Below, one piece after another: positions 1-9,102 of a stretch of DNA of 64,000 nucleotides. The stretch's first letter is position 1. Each line of letters begins with the position of its first letter. Origin of the DNA: an uncultured Kofleriaceae bacterium. GTDB lineage: Bacteria; Myxococcota_A; Polyangia; HGW-17. Under the pieces are notes generated by a model. It was given only the letters and a program-made list of their open reading frames with translations, was not told the origin of the DNA and did not search any database. Location of the stretch: assembly GCA_964516435.1 (NCBI GenBank), contig CAZEZP010000078.1, forward strand, positions 118,707 through 182,706, given 5' to 3'. Both the position numbers and the translations under genes were made by a program.

Positions 1-126
1 CTCGTACAGGGAAACGAAGGCGCGCGCCTGGTCGAAACCGCGCGCGCATTCCTGCAGGAACAGCGCCTGCGCCAGGAGGAAAACTGGCTCACCCTGCTGG
101 TTCCTGGTTTTTCCCCTTCGATTTGA
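1..126 (+). CDS. partial CDS (C-terminal fragment) of unknown protein entering from left edge
   Basis: Frame 1 is open from base 1 to the TGA at 124-126 in high-GC coding-like sequence. No homology recognised. Confidence 0.3.
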   Translation, partial: LVQGNEGARLVETARAFLQEQRLRQEENWLTLLVPGFSPSI

Positions 127-168
127 TTTTTTTGAAAATAGATAATTACAGGGTCCGAATGCCGTGCA

Positions 169-2661
169 TCAGGCGGAAGCGGACCTGGTCATGCCCTTGG
201 ACATCCACCGGGCCGCCGCGATCAGCGCCACGGGGCTCACCAGCGCGATCAGGCCATAGATGAACCAGAGCATCTCGGGATTCTGCGGGCCCACGAGCGG
301 GCAGTACTTGGACAGGAAATACCCGCTGTAGAAGCCGGTCATCACCTTGGTCAAAAACCAGGGGAACTGGGCGATGCCCATGTACGCGCCGGTCTTGCCC
401 TCGGGGGCGATCTGGGCGACCCACTGCAAAAAGCGCGGCTGCCACATGGCTTCGCCGATGGTCATCAGCAGGATGTACAGCAGCAGCATGGCCGGCGAGG
501 GCGGCAGCGCCAGCAGAAACGTGGGCACGGCCATCACCAGCGTTCCCCACACCATCATGGTGTACACGCGCACCTTCGACGTGAGCGCCGCCACGAACGG
601 CGTGAGGAAGAAGATGAGGATGGGATTGAGATTCGAGAACATCTCGAAGTTCTGTCCCACATACGTGCCGCCGAAGGCGCGGTCGATGTAGTACGGCAGC
701 GTCAGCCAGTTGTGCGCGAACAGGGTCTGCACCGGAATCAGGATGAAGATGAAGAATACGAACCGGCCGTTGTGGAACGGATGGTCGGGACGCTTCCTGA
801 GCAGCAGGATTACGAGGAGCACAGTAAAGAAAATTACGGCGGCCAGCGGTACGCCATAGCGCTTCATGAACGAGCCGAAAGCGGTGAGACCCGAAACGTA
901 CACGGCGTTTTCCGCGGCTTTCTTCATGTCACCGGAAAAGGCCGCCTGGAGTCCGAAGTGCATGGACAGGATCGTCCCATTGAGCGGCGTGCTGGCCTTG
1001 GCGGCCAGAAGCGGGGCCACCTGCTTGATCAGGAGCGTGCCGACGCCATAGAACCGGTCGACGAACAGGTTCGCCGCCGCCGGGCCGCCAGCCGTTCTCT
1101 GGGCGGCTTCCCGCAGCAGGCGGGCTTCCAGTTGCAGCGACTGCGAAAGCGCCTGGACGCCATCTCCCAGAAGTTGCACGGCCAGGGCGCCCGTCTCTTC
1201 CGAGAGTTGGGCCAGCGACTCGAACATGCGGGCCCGGTCGGCGGACGTCATCTCCATGATGCGGGCGCGGACGGGTTCTGGAATGGGAATCGTCGCCTCT
1301 TCCGGCAACTTCTGCTGGCGGGCGATGCGTTCCAGCACCTTCGCATCGAAATTGCCCACCAGGCGGTAGGCGGCCGACATGTACGCCAGCCCCAGCGCGC
1401 GCACCTGCGTGCGCACCTGCAGGGCCGCGGGCGTTCCCGTTTCGGCCTTCACGTCCAGTTTGGGCAGCAGCGCGCCCAGGGAGGCGGCGAATTCGGCCTG
1501 ATGGCGCACCACCGCGCGAATCGCCTGATACACTTCCGGATCCAGTTTCGCCCCATCGGGCAGGGTCGAGGGTTCCCGGATGCGATCCGCCAACTGGGAG
1601 ATTTCACCGGCGACCTTCCTGAATTCCTCTTCCGTCGGAGCGGGAGCGGGCTTCTGCGGATCCGCGGGAGCCAGCATGCCCGCCGTGTTTCCCATGTGCC
1701 GGGCGAACGCGTCCATGGGACCGTCGACGGGTCCCGGCGGCGATGTGAACATCAGGTAGAACACGCCTCCGAGCGCGGCGATGACGCCCACGGCCGCAGC
1801 GATGAACCCCGGCGTGAACAGGGGAGCGGGCTTCTCTTCCTCCTTCGCGCCTTCCCCGGCTTCTCCCTCCTTGCCGGAAGGCTTCTTGGAGATGTCCGTC
1901 ACGGTGTCGCGCTCCACCGCCTTCTGGGACATGATGAACAGCACGCACAGGAACGCGAGCACGCTCGAGCCCGCATACACCCAGTACACCGCGCCGATGC
2001 TCAGCGAATTGCGGATGACCGGGCTGAGCAGGCCGGAGAAGAACGCCCCCAGGTTCATCAGCCCGTAAATCATGGCGAACGCCATGGAAGCGTTCTTTTC
2101 GTCGGTGAACTGCTTCACGCCGGAATAGGAAGCCGGCTGGTACATGCCGTACCCCAGCACCACGAAGAGCATCCCGATGACGATGAACAGGAACATCATG
2201 GAGCCGAAACCGCCCCCGCCGGGGAAGAATGTTCCGGATGCGGCGAAGGAGATGCGGCCGAGGATCATCAGCCCCAGGGAAATGAGCAGGGCCTTGCGCA
2301 CGCCGATCCTGTCCGCGACTCCCCCCAGGAAGAGCATGGACAGCGTGATGCCGCCGGTGAAGAAACTGTACACCCAGCCAGCGTGCACGTCGGAGAGTCC
2401 CACGTTCTCGGACAGGTACTTGCCGAAAATGGTCAGGATTCCAAAATACACCATCCCTTCGAGAACATAGGAGAGATACAGGCCCCACAGGGAGCGGCTC
2501 GTATTCGCCAAGCCCTTGAAGGGCTCCACGATTTCCTTGATGGCCTGGCGCAGCGGGCTCGATTTTTCAGTTGTCTGTTCCGGAGCCTCATCGGCCTTCT
2601 TTTCCGGTTCCTGGCTTTCCGTCTTCTTTTCCGGTTCCTGGATGTCGGTGGGGTCGGTCAT
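169..2661 (-). CDS. POT/PTR2-family proton-dependent oligopeptide transporter (MFS) with a large hydrophilic insertion
   Basis: POT signature motifs EGMVYFGI and GGVADRIGVRKALLIS are present, with multiple TM helices in the N and C halves. The likely start is ATG 2659-2661 (MTDPTD), preceded by AAGGAG; the listed ORF runs 57 nt further upstream. A hydrophilic segment of roughly 330 aa is inserted mid-protein. Confidence 0.7.
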   Translation of the reverse strand: MTDPTDIQEPEKKTESQEPEKKADEAPEQTTEKSSPLRQAIKEIVEPFKGLANTSRSLWGLYLSYVLEGMVYFGILTIFGKYLSENVGLSDVHAGWVYSFFTGGITLSMLFLGGVADRIGVRKALLISLGLMILGRISFAASGTFFPGGGGFGSMMFLFIVIGMLFVVLGYGMYQPASYSGVKQFTDEKNASMAFAMIYGLMNLGAFFSGLLSPVIRNSLSIGAVYWVYAGSSVLAFLCVLFIMSQKAVERDTVTDISKKPSGKEGEAGEGAKEEEKPAPLFTPGFIAAAVGVIAALGGVFYLMFTSPPGPVDGPMDAFARHMGNTAGMLAPADPQKPAPAPTEEEFRKVAGEISQLADRIREPSTLPDGAKLDPEVYQAIRAVVRHQAEFAASLGALLPKLDVKAETGTPAALQVRTQVRALGLAYMSAAYRLVGNFDAKVLERIARQQKLPEEATIPIPEPVRARIMEMTSADRARMFESLAQLSEETGALAVQLLGDGVQALSQSLQLEARLLREAAQRTAGGPAAANLFVDRFYGVGTLLIKQVAPLLAAKASTPLNGTILSMHFGLQAAFSGDMKKAAENAVYVSGLTAFGSFMKRYGVPLAAVIFFTVLLVILLLRKRPDHPFHNGRFVFFIFILIPVQTLFAHNWLTLPYYIDRAFGGTYVGQNFEMFSNLNPILIFFLTPFVAALTSKVRVYTMMVWGTLVMAVPTFLLALPPSPAMLLLYILLMTIGEAMWQPRFLQWVAQIAPEGKTGAYMGIAQFPWFLTKVMTGFYSGYFLSKYCPLVGPQNPEMLWFIYGLIALVSPVALIAAARWMSKGMTRSASA

Positions 2662-2735
2662 GTCGTTCTCCTTTGCAGACGGGCGAACTGCCGCGAAGCA
2701 AGAAACTTTTACCGTCAATTTTCCGCCCGAGTAAA

Positions 2736-2764
2736 GAAAAAACCGAATCGTGCCCGACTTTCGG
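2736..2764 (-). terminator. weak hairpin plus U-tract downstream of the 2832-3212 gene
   Basis: CCGAA-N12-TTCGG stem followed by a T-run on the minus strand. The stem is only 5 bp, so this is a low-confidence terminator. Confidence 0.25.
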
Positions 2765-2831
2765 CTGCCTGTCGTTTACCCCTGGGTGGCCGTCCGGTTT
2801 CAATCTTTCATTTTATTTTTTATTTTATTGA

Positions 2832-3212
2832 TTATTTACATCCAGGGAACGAATCGACAAACTTGATCTTGTAATCAGGAAAAGATTCAACGAATTTGAC
2901 CTTGTAATCAGGAAAAGAATCCACGATCTTCCATTTTCCGGGGGCATCGGGGAAGGAATCCACGATCTTGACCTTGATGTCGGGAAAGGATTCCACCACC
3001 TTGACCGTCACGTCGGGGAAGGAATCCACATACTTGATTTTTCCATACAGTTTGCACTTGTCCGGCTTGCCGCTGGCCCAGGCCTCCTCGCAGGCCTTCA
3101 GTTCGATGCCGAAGCGCTCGGATTTCGAGAGGGAGCGGGAATGGGGAGAAGACGGCGCCCACTGCAGGAGGAAAGCGCCCAGAAACGACAGGAGAACGAC
3201 GATTTTCTTCAT
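2832..3212 (-). CDS. secreted repeat protein with 11-aa (V[DE]SFPDxKVK[IVF]) tandem repeats
   Basis: N-terminal signal peptide MKKIVVLLSFLGAFLL, then six tandem VDSFPD/VESFPD repeat units ending in a C-terminal Cys. Confidence 0.6.
   Translation of the reverse strand: MKKIVVLLSFLGAFLLQWAPSSPHSRSLSKSERFGIELKACEEAWASGKPDKCKLYGKIKYVDSFPDVTVKVVESFPDIKVKIVDSFPDAPGKWKIVDSFPDYKVKFVESFPDYKIKFVDSFPGCK
2835..3041 (-). repeat. in-frame 33-bp tandem repeat array (about 6 copies) inside the 2832-3212 CDS
   Basis: Repeated tcaggaaaagattc/aatccacgatctt... units, corresponding to the protein-level VDSFPDxxVKx periodicity. Confidence 0.6.
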
Positions 3213-3242
3213 GATGCACCTCCCGGACCGCGGCCCGGAGAA

Positions 3243-3810
3243 CTAGAAGAACGCCTGGACGCCGAGATACCCGACATCCAGGATGAAACTGTCGTAATTG
3301 GACGCCGCGGGGTGGTCGTTATCACGCCAGATCCGGGTGATTCGCGCACCCACGTCCAGTGCCACGGACGAAGAGAGCGGAATGAGCATGCCCAAGGGAA
3401 AGATCACGCCGAAATCCAGGGTATCCTCGTCGGAAGCCTCGTAAGACGTGAAGAACACGCCCGCCTCGGCCCCGGCATACAGGTGCAGGACCGCCAGCGG
3501 CTGCACCAGCCGAAAGCCGCCGCCAATGGAAAAGACATGGCGCTCCACCGCGTCCCCGGAGATGGACTCGTAGCCCACGCGGCCGACGAAAACCAGGTAT
3601 GAACGGAAAAAGTATCCGAATTCCGGAGAAAAACGGAAGGTCTCGACCGTGGCGTCTCCGGCCGGCGAAGGAAAATCCATCTCGTGGGTCTGGAATTCGA
3701 TGACGCCGCCCGCGCTCATGGTGCCCGGCTGGAAGAGCATCGCCGACTGGGCCAGGGCGGGAACGGGAAAAAGAAGGACTGCGAAAAGAATCCACCACGT
3801 CCTGCGCATG
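3243..3810 (-). CDS. outer-membrane beta-barrel protein (OmpW/OmpA-like small OMP)
   Basis: Signal peptide MRRTWWILFAVLLFPVPALA, alternating amphipathic beta-strand pattern, and a C-terminal aromatic terminus ...GVQAFF. The start is chosen at the internal Met; the ORF finder extends it to 3932. Confidence 0.7.
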
Positions 3811-3926
3811 AAGATCTCCTGTCCGTCATCCCGGGACTTCCCGGGCCGCTGCCAATACGCGGGCAGTATAGAAGCATTCATGACCCGGAGCAAGCCGTGC
3901 AAAAAAATCCATGGCGATTTTCTCCT

Positions 3927-3954
3927 TTGCAAGAAAGGCGGCTTTCCATACTAT
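3927..3954 (+). promoter_or_regulatory. candidate sigma70 promoter for the EBP operon
   Basis: TTGCAA-N16-TACTAT lies about 45 nt upstream of the GTG start at 3996, in the divergent intergenic region that also contains the palindrome CCCGGGActTCCCGGG (3868-3883). Confidence 0.35.
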
Positions 3955-3995
3955 CCCTGCTTGAGCCCATATGCGGGCATTTTCGAGGTACGAGC

Positions 3996-5480
3996 GTGAA
4001 TTTCGATCCCCGGCGCCATCCCATCCTGTACGTGGACGATGAAACGGACAACCTCGACGTGTTCCGCTTCAACTTCCGCTCGCAGTTCACGGTGCTCACC
4101 GCGGCTTCCGGGGAGGAAGCGCTCCAGATCCTGCAGCGCGAGCCCGTGGCGGCCATCGTGTCCGACCAGCGCATGCCGCGCATGTCGGGCCTGGAATTCC
4201 TCTCCGAGGCCCGCAAGGTGCGCCCCCGGGCCATCGGCATCCTGCTGACCGCCTATCGCGACGTGGACGTCCTGATGGAGGCCATCCGGGCAGGAACCGT
4301 CTACCGTTTCGTCACCAAGCCGTGGAATGCCGAGGAACTGCGGACGCTGCTCCTGCAGGTGCTGGAACTGTACCACCTGCGCGAGGAGAACGAGCGCCTG
4401 GAACAGCGCCTGCGCGCCTATGCGGGCTACCTCGACAAGGAAGTCCACCAGGAGTTCAATTTCGGCAACATCATCGGCGAATCTCCGGGACTGGCGCGGG
4501 TGCTGCAGCAGATCGAACGCGTGGCGCCCACGTCGTCCACGGTGCTCATCCGCGGCGAGACGGGAACCGGCAAGGAACTGGTGGCGCATGCCATCCATCT
4601 CAATTCGCCGCGCAGCGACGGGCCCTTCGTGAAGGTGAACTGCGCCGCGCTGAGTCCCGGCGTGCTGGAAAGCGAACTGTTCGGCCACGAGAAGGGCTCG
4701 TTCACCGGCGCCGTCTCCCGCCGCCTGGGCCGCTTCGAACTGGCCGACGGAGGCACCCTCTTCCTCGACGAGGTGGGCGACATTCCGCCGGAAATCCAGG
4801 TGAAGCTCCTGCGCGTCCTGCAGGAGCGCGAATTCGAGCGGGTGGGCGGCGAGGAGACGATCAAGGTGGACGTGCGCGTCATCAGCGCCACGCACCGCAA
4901 CCTCGAGGCGCTGGTGGCGTCCTCGCAGTTCAGGCAGGACCTCTACTACCGGCTCAACGTGTTTCCCATCGAACTGCCGCCCCTGCGGGAGCGCCCCACG
5001 GACATCCCCCTGCTGGTGCAGCATTTCATCGCCCGATTCACCCCCATCACCGGCCGCCGCGTGGTGCGTGTGGACGATTCCTTCATGGATGCGCTCCTGT
5101 CGTATTCATGGCCCGGAAACGTGCGGGAACTGGAGAACCTCGTCGAACGGGCCATGGTGCTGTGCACCGACGGCGTCCTCACGCGGGCGGAACTGCAGTT
5201 CAATCCCGCCATGCCGCCCGAGGGAACGGCCGTGACCCCTCCGCCCGTCCAGGTGACGCCTGTGCCCATCGAAAACCGTCCCCTCTCGGAGCGCCTCCAG
5301 GAGGAGGAACGGCGCAACATCCTCAAGGCCATCGAGTCCGCTTCCGGAAACATGGCCGAAGCCGCCCGCATGCTGGGCATTCCACGCTCCACGCTGTACT
5401 ACCGCATGCGCAAGCACGATCTGCTGCACCTGCTGCCATACAAATGGACCCGCAATGCGGCGGATGAACCCGAGTCATGA
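3996..5480 (+). CDS. sigma-54-dependent Fis-family response regulator (NtrC-like enhancer-binding protein)
   Basis: REC domain (ILYVDDE ... SDQRMPRMSG), AAA+ sigma-54 activation domain (GESPGL..., GETGTGKE Walker A, GSFTGA motif, ESELFGHEKG), and a C-terminal Fis-type HTH (IPRSTLYYRMRKHDL). Start is GTG 3996 after GAGGT. Confidence 0.9.
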   Translation: MNFDPRRHPILYVDDETDNLDVFRFNFRSQFTVLTAASGEEALQILQREPVAAIVSDQRMPRMSGLEFLSEARKVRPRAIGILLTAYRDVDVLMEAIRAGTVYRFVTKPWNAEELRTLLLQVLELYHLREENERLEQRLRAYAGYLDKEVHQEFNFGNIIGESPGLARVLQQIERVAPTSSTVLIRGETGTGKELVAHAIHLNSPRSDGPFVKVNCAALSPGVLESELFGHEKGSFTGAVSRRLGRFELADGGTLFLDEVGDIPPEIQVKLLRVLQEREFERVGGEETIKVDVRVISATHRNLEALVASSQFRQDLYYRLNVFPIELPPLRERPTDIPLLVQHFIARFTPITGRRVVRVDDSFMDALLSYSWPGNVRELENLVERAMVLCTDGVLTRAELQFNPAMPPEGTAVTPPPVQVTPVPIENRPLSERLQEEERRNILKAIESASGNMAEAARMLGIPRSTLYYRMRKHDLLHLLPYKWTRNAADEPES

Positions 5481-6748
5481 AACCGCAGCATGCGCCCATC
5501 CTGTTCTTCGTGCTGGTGTTCGCCGGACTGGTCGTGTTCCTGCTGCTGCGGCCCGATGTCCGGGAAAGCCCGGAACCCTTCTGGCGCCTGGATCTCTCAC
5601 AAAAGAACGATGCGCCCCGGATTCCGGAGAACTGGGGCCGCGAACTGGACCTGAACGCCTTTCGCGAGCGGGATGGCGCCTACTGGCAGAAGACGCCATC
5701 GGGAATTCTCGTGCAGGCTTCGCTGGAGCCGGCTCTCCAGACGTTCTTCGAGCAGGAATTCAAGAAATACGAGTTGCCGTACGCTGCCGCCGTGGTCATC
5801 CACCTTCCGGACGGAGAGGTACGCGCCCTGGCCGGCCATTCCAGCCGGGATCCGCGTCTGACGGCCGGCGAACTGGCCCTGACCCCCTGGGCGCCCGCGG
5901 CCTCCCTGTTCAAGGTCGTGACCGCGCTGGCGCTGCTTTCGGTCCCCGGATTCGACCCGAACGAAACGGTGTGCTTTTCGGGAGGACAATCCGGACTGGC
6001 CGCCAGGCATCTGGAGGAACCGGCGCCGGGCGATCCAAAGGCCGTCTGTGAAAATTTGGAGATGGCTCTGGCCAATTCCTCCAATGCCGTGCTGGCGAAA
6101 CTCGCCCTGCGCCATCTGGACACCCGGCGCCTGCGGGATGCGGCCAGCGCCTGCGGTTTCAACCAGACTCTGCCCTTCGAATTCGAGGTGGGCCGCAGCG
6201 TGTTCCGCCTTCCCGACGACGGAGCCGATCCCATGGCGTTGCCGCTGGCCGCCGCCGGATTCGGGCACACCGCCATGAGCCCTTTCCATGCGGCGTGGCT
6301 TTCCGCCCTGCTGGCGGCCGACGGCGTGGCGGCGCCCGTGCACGTCATCCGCCGGGCGCTGGACCCGGATGGCCGGGAGATTCCCGTGAAGCATCCGCAA
6401 TGGGAAGCGCAGCCCCGCTTTCCCGATGTAAGCAAACTGCGCCGCATGCTCGCGGCGACCGTGGAGACGGGAACCGCCCGGGAGGGTTTCTTCCGCGGCG
6501 AGACGCGCCTGGTGCCGGTTCCCGTGGGCGGCAAGACGGGCACGCTGGCGCGCCAGGAGCCGGAAATCCTTACGTATACGTGGTTCATCGGGTATTTTCC
6601 CGTGGACGGCGCGCGCTGGGCGTTCTCGGTGCTGGTGGTGAACCCGGAGAAATGGCGCACCAAGGCGGCCCACGTATCCGCGCGTCTCGTGAACCGCCTG
6701 CTGGAACTCGAGGAAAAGGTCGCACCGACGAAAAAGACCGGAGAATGA
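5477..6748 (+). CDS. penicillin-binding-protein transpeptidase-fold protein (PBP/beta-lactamase superfamily), membrane-anchored
   Basis: N-terminal TM helix plus the active-site triad SxxK (ASLFK), SxN (NSSNA) and KTG (GGKTGT) at canonical spacings. ATGA overlap with the upstream EBP gene. Confidence 0.75.
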   Translation: MKPQHAPILFFVLVFAGLVVFLLLRPDVRESPEPFWRLDLSQKNDAPRIPENWGRELDLNAFRERDGAYWQKTPSGILVQASLEPALQTFFEQEFKKYELPYAAAVVIHLPDGEVRALAGHSSRDPRLTAGELALTPWAPAASLFKVVTALALLSVPGFDPNETVCFSGGQSGLAARHLEEPAPGDPKAVCENLEMALANSSNAVLAKLALRHLDTRRLRDAASACGFNQTLPFEFEVGRSVFRLPDDGADPMALPLAAAGFGHTAMSPFHAAWLSALLAADGVAAPVHVIRRALDPDGREIPVKHPQWEAQPRFPDVSKLRRMLAATVETGTAREGFFRGETRLVPVPVGGKTGTLARQEPEILTYTWFIGYFPVDGARWAFSVLVVNPEKWRTKAAHVSARLVNRLLELEEKVAPTKKTGE

Positions 6749-6751
6749 GAC

Positions 6752-9079
6752 ATGGGAACGTGGATGTTCGCCCTCCTGCTGACGGGAACGCTCGACTGCG
6801 GTTCGGGCGCACGGCTGGAAACCTCGCCCCGGCTCCGTCTGGTGGCGCCAGCCGGCATCGATTGCCCCCTGCCGCCGGACACGCAGGCGCCGGTGGATTC
6901 CTGCGCATGGCATGCGCCGGGCCGCCTGCTGCACGTGGTCGCGGGAAACCGCCAGACGCTCTTTCTCGTGCATTGCAACAAGAACAGCGGCGCGAACACC
7001 CAAAACGAAGGCATGTCCCAGGTGCGCGAGGGCCGCATCGATGCGGGACATCCCTGGCGTTTCGATGCCGCCCTGGGCGAAGTCTACCAGGAGGCCGGAC
7101 GCCACTGCGACGGCCGGCCGTTTCGGGTGCGCCGGGAGCGCTTCACGACGGCCGGCTGGGTTCCGGCGGAGGAAAACACGGCCAAGACCAGGGCCATCGC
7201 GAAAGAATACCAGGCCGTGCGCGGGCTTCCCCCCGGAATCCTGCGCAGGCCCTGGCTTTCTCCCCCCGTGCCGGATGTGATCGGGCCCGCTTCGGACCCC
7301 GACGAGGAAGCGCCTTCCCCCGTACGCCTTTCCGATGCCGACGCCGAAACGGCCTGGGTGGATGATGCGAAGACTCCAGGAACCACTCTCATCTACAGGC
7401 TGCCGGTTTCCTTTCCGCCCATGCGCGTCCTATCCATCCTGCCGGGACACGGCGGCAGCGAAAATGCCTTCAGGCGCCATGCCCGGCTCAAAAGCCTGCG
7501 GATCACGTCGGGAAACCGGGTTGTGCGCTTGCGCTTCCCGCAGGATCCGGCTTCCACGCCCGGATCGTTCCATGTTCCCTGGCACGTGGAATTCAAGGAA
7601 CCTCCAGGAAACTGCCTCGAAATCACAATCGAGGAACTGTATCCCGGCGAAAACGCCGCCATTTCCGAAATTTCCCTCTATACGGCCATGGATTTCGCGC
7701 CGGATCCGGTGGCGTTCTTCGCAGGGGCGGCGGCTTCGTGGCCCGCCGAAATCACACTGAAGACGGCTGGCGGCTTCACCGATGCCCAACTGGCTCAGGC
7801 ATGGCGCATCCTGCCTCCGGAGCAAAAAATAAAGATTGCAGCCGAAGTGATCCGCCGAACTTCCCCGGAACTGGTGAGCGCCCAACTGGAAATGCTGGCA
7901 TGGGCCGATGCTTCCCTCCTGCCGCGGCTGGCCCGTATCCTGGCGCGGCCGGAAGCCCGCGGCGCACTTCTGGAGAAGATGAAGACCGTCGCAGATGTGG
8001 AAATCCTGGCCCGCATCCTGCCACCGTTCCTTGCGGGCGGGGTTCCCGAAGCCGGCATTCTGGACGGCATTCTCGAAAAACGCCCGGAACTCTCCTCCAT
8101 GGTGCGCGATCACGTCCGCCCCGCCGACCGGGCCGCCCTGGTGGAGGCCTGGTGCGCGATTTTGCCCCAGCGCTCTTTCGTGCTGACCCACTGGGCCAAA
8201 AACGACCCGCGGGTCCACGAAAAAGCCGTGGCGTGCCTGGCGGCGGCGCCGGCGGCGAAAAGCCTGCAGGAGCGGCTGGACCTCCTGCGGGCGGCGTCCA
8301 TCCTGGGCGACCGGAAACTGCGGGCCCGCGTGAAGGAAGAACTCCGCAGGCCGGGTCCGGACGTCGTGCGCCTGCAGGGGCTCGCCACGCTCCTGCATCT
8401 GCAGCCCACGCCCCGCGAACTTTTGGAACTGGCCCGCACGCGGCGTCCCGATGCCCAGTGGGTGCTTCTGACCCACTGGCCCGAAAAGGCGCCCCTGACG
8501 CCCGAAATCGCGGGCCTCGCGAAAAGCCCGTGGCCGCCCGTCGCCCGGCAGGCGCGAAACCTGCTGGCATCCCGCTGCCATCCTTCATTTTTACCCATTG
8601 CTCGCACCATCCTCCTGAAAACTCAGCACGAGGACTGGTTCGACGTGCTGAATCGCGTGAAGGATTGCGGATACGACACCCTGCGCCGGGACCTTTTGGC
8701 CGTGTTCGCCCGCAAGGGGCTTTCGGCGGATGCCTTTGCAGCCCTGGCCCACGTGTTCGCGCTCGAGGGAGAAAGAAAGACGGCCGCCGCCGTGGCGCTC
8801 CGGATGCAGGATTTCTTCTCTCCCCGGCATGGCAGACGCTTCCTGGAGGAACGCGCACCGGAAGGCTCCCGCCTGCTGTGGGCGCTCGCCGCCTACGATC
8901 GCCCGGAAGACACTGCGACCTTCGCCGGCCTGGCGCGCCGCGACCTGCCGGAATCCCACCTGGAAATCCTCGCGTCCATTCTGGCGGCCCGCTGCAGAAA
9001 GCCGGTCGTCGTGCCCGAACGCGTATGGCGGCGGCCAGCCGAGTTTCACGCCTTCATCCGGGACTGCACGGGGTATTGA
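6752..9079 (+). CDS. hypothetical large protein with HEAT-like helical repeats (possible lipoprotein)
   Basis: 775-aa ORF with an N-terminal hydrophobic segment and Cys (LTGTLDCG), and repeated helical LARILARPEARGALLEKM-type HEAT-like segments. No catalytic motifs recognised. Confidence 0.5.
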   Translation: MGTWMFALLLTGTLDCGSGARLETSPRLRLVAPAGIDCPLPPDTQAPVDSCAWHAPGRLLHVVAGNRQTLFLVHCNKNSGANTQNEGMSQVREGRIDAGHPWRFDAALGEVYQEAGRHCDGRPFRVRRERFTTAGWVPAEENTAKTRAIAKEYQAVRGLPPGILRRPWLSPPVPDVIGPASDPDEEAPSPVRLSDADAETAWVDDAKTPGTTLIYRLPVSFPPMRVLSILPGHGGSENAFRRHARLKSLRITSGNRVVRLRFPQDPASTPGSFHVPWHVEFKEPPGNCLEITIEELYPGENAAISEISLYTAMDFAPDPVAFFAGAAASWPAEITLKTAGGFTDAQLAQAWRILPPEQKIKIAAEVIRRTSPELVSAQLEMLAWADASLLPRLARILARPEARGALLEKMKTVADVEILARILPPFLAGGVPEAGILDGILEKRPELSSMVRDHVRPADRAALVEAWCAILPQRSFVLTHWAKNDPRVHEKAVACLAAAPAAKSLQERLDLLRAASILGDRKLRARVKEELRRPGPDVVRLQGLATLLHLQPTPRELLELARTRRPDAQWVLLTHWPEKAPLTPEIAGLAKSPWPPVARQARNLLASRCHPSFLPIARTILLKTQHEDWFDVLNRVKDCGYDTLRRDLLAVFARKGLSADAFAALAHVFALEGERKTAAAVALRMQDFFSPRHGRRFLEERAPEGSRLLWALAAYDRPEDTATFAGLARRDLPESHLEILASILAARCRKPVVVPERVWRRPAEFHAFIRDCTGY

Positions 9080-9102
9080 AATAAAATTGCAATTTATTGT
9101 AA

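Noticed and set aside
712-2874. 720-aa plus-strand ORF antisense to the POT transporter. Similar long antisense ORFs occur at 5597-7105, 3951-5024, 27908-29713, 37903-40152, 44812-46818, 49784-51208 and 58651-59976.
   Set aside because: High-GC sequence keeps non-coding frames open. These lie opposite genes with clear family motifs, and their translations are Arg/Gly/His-rich low-complexity.
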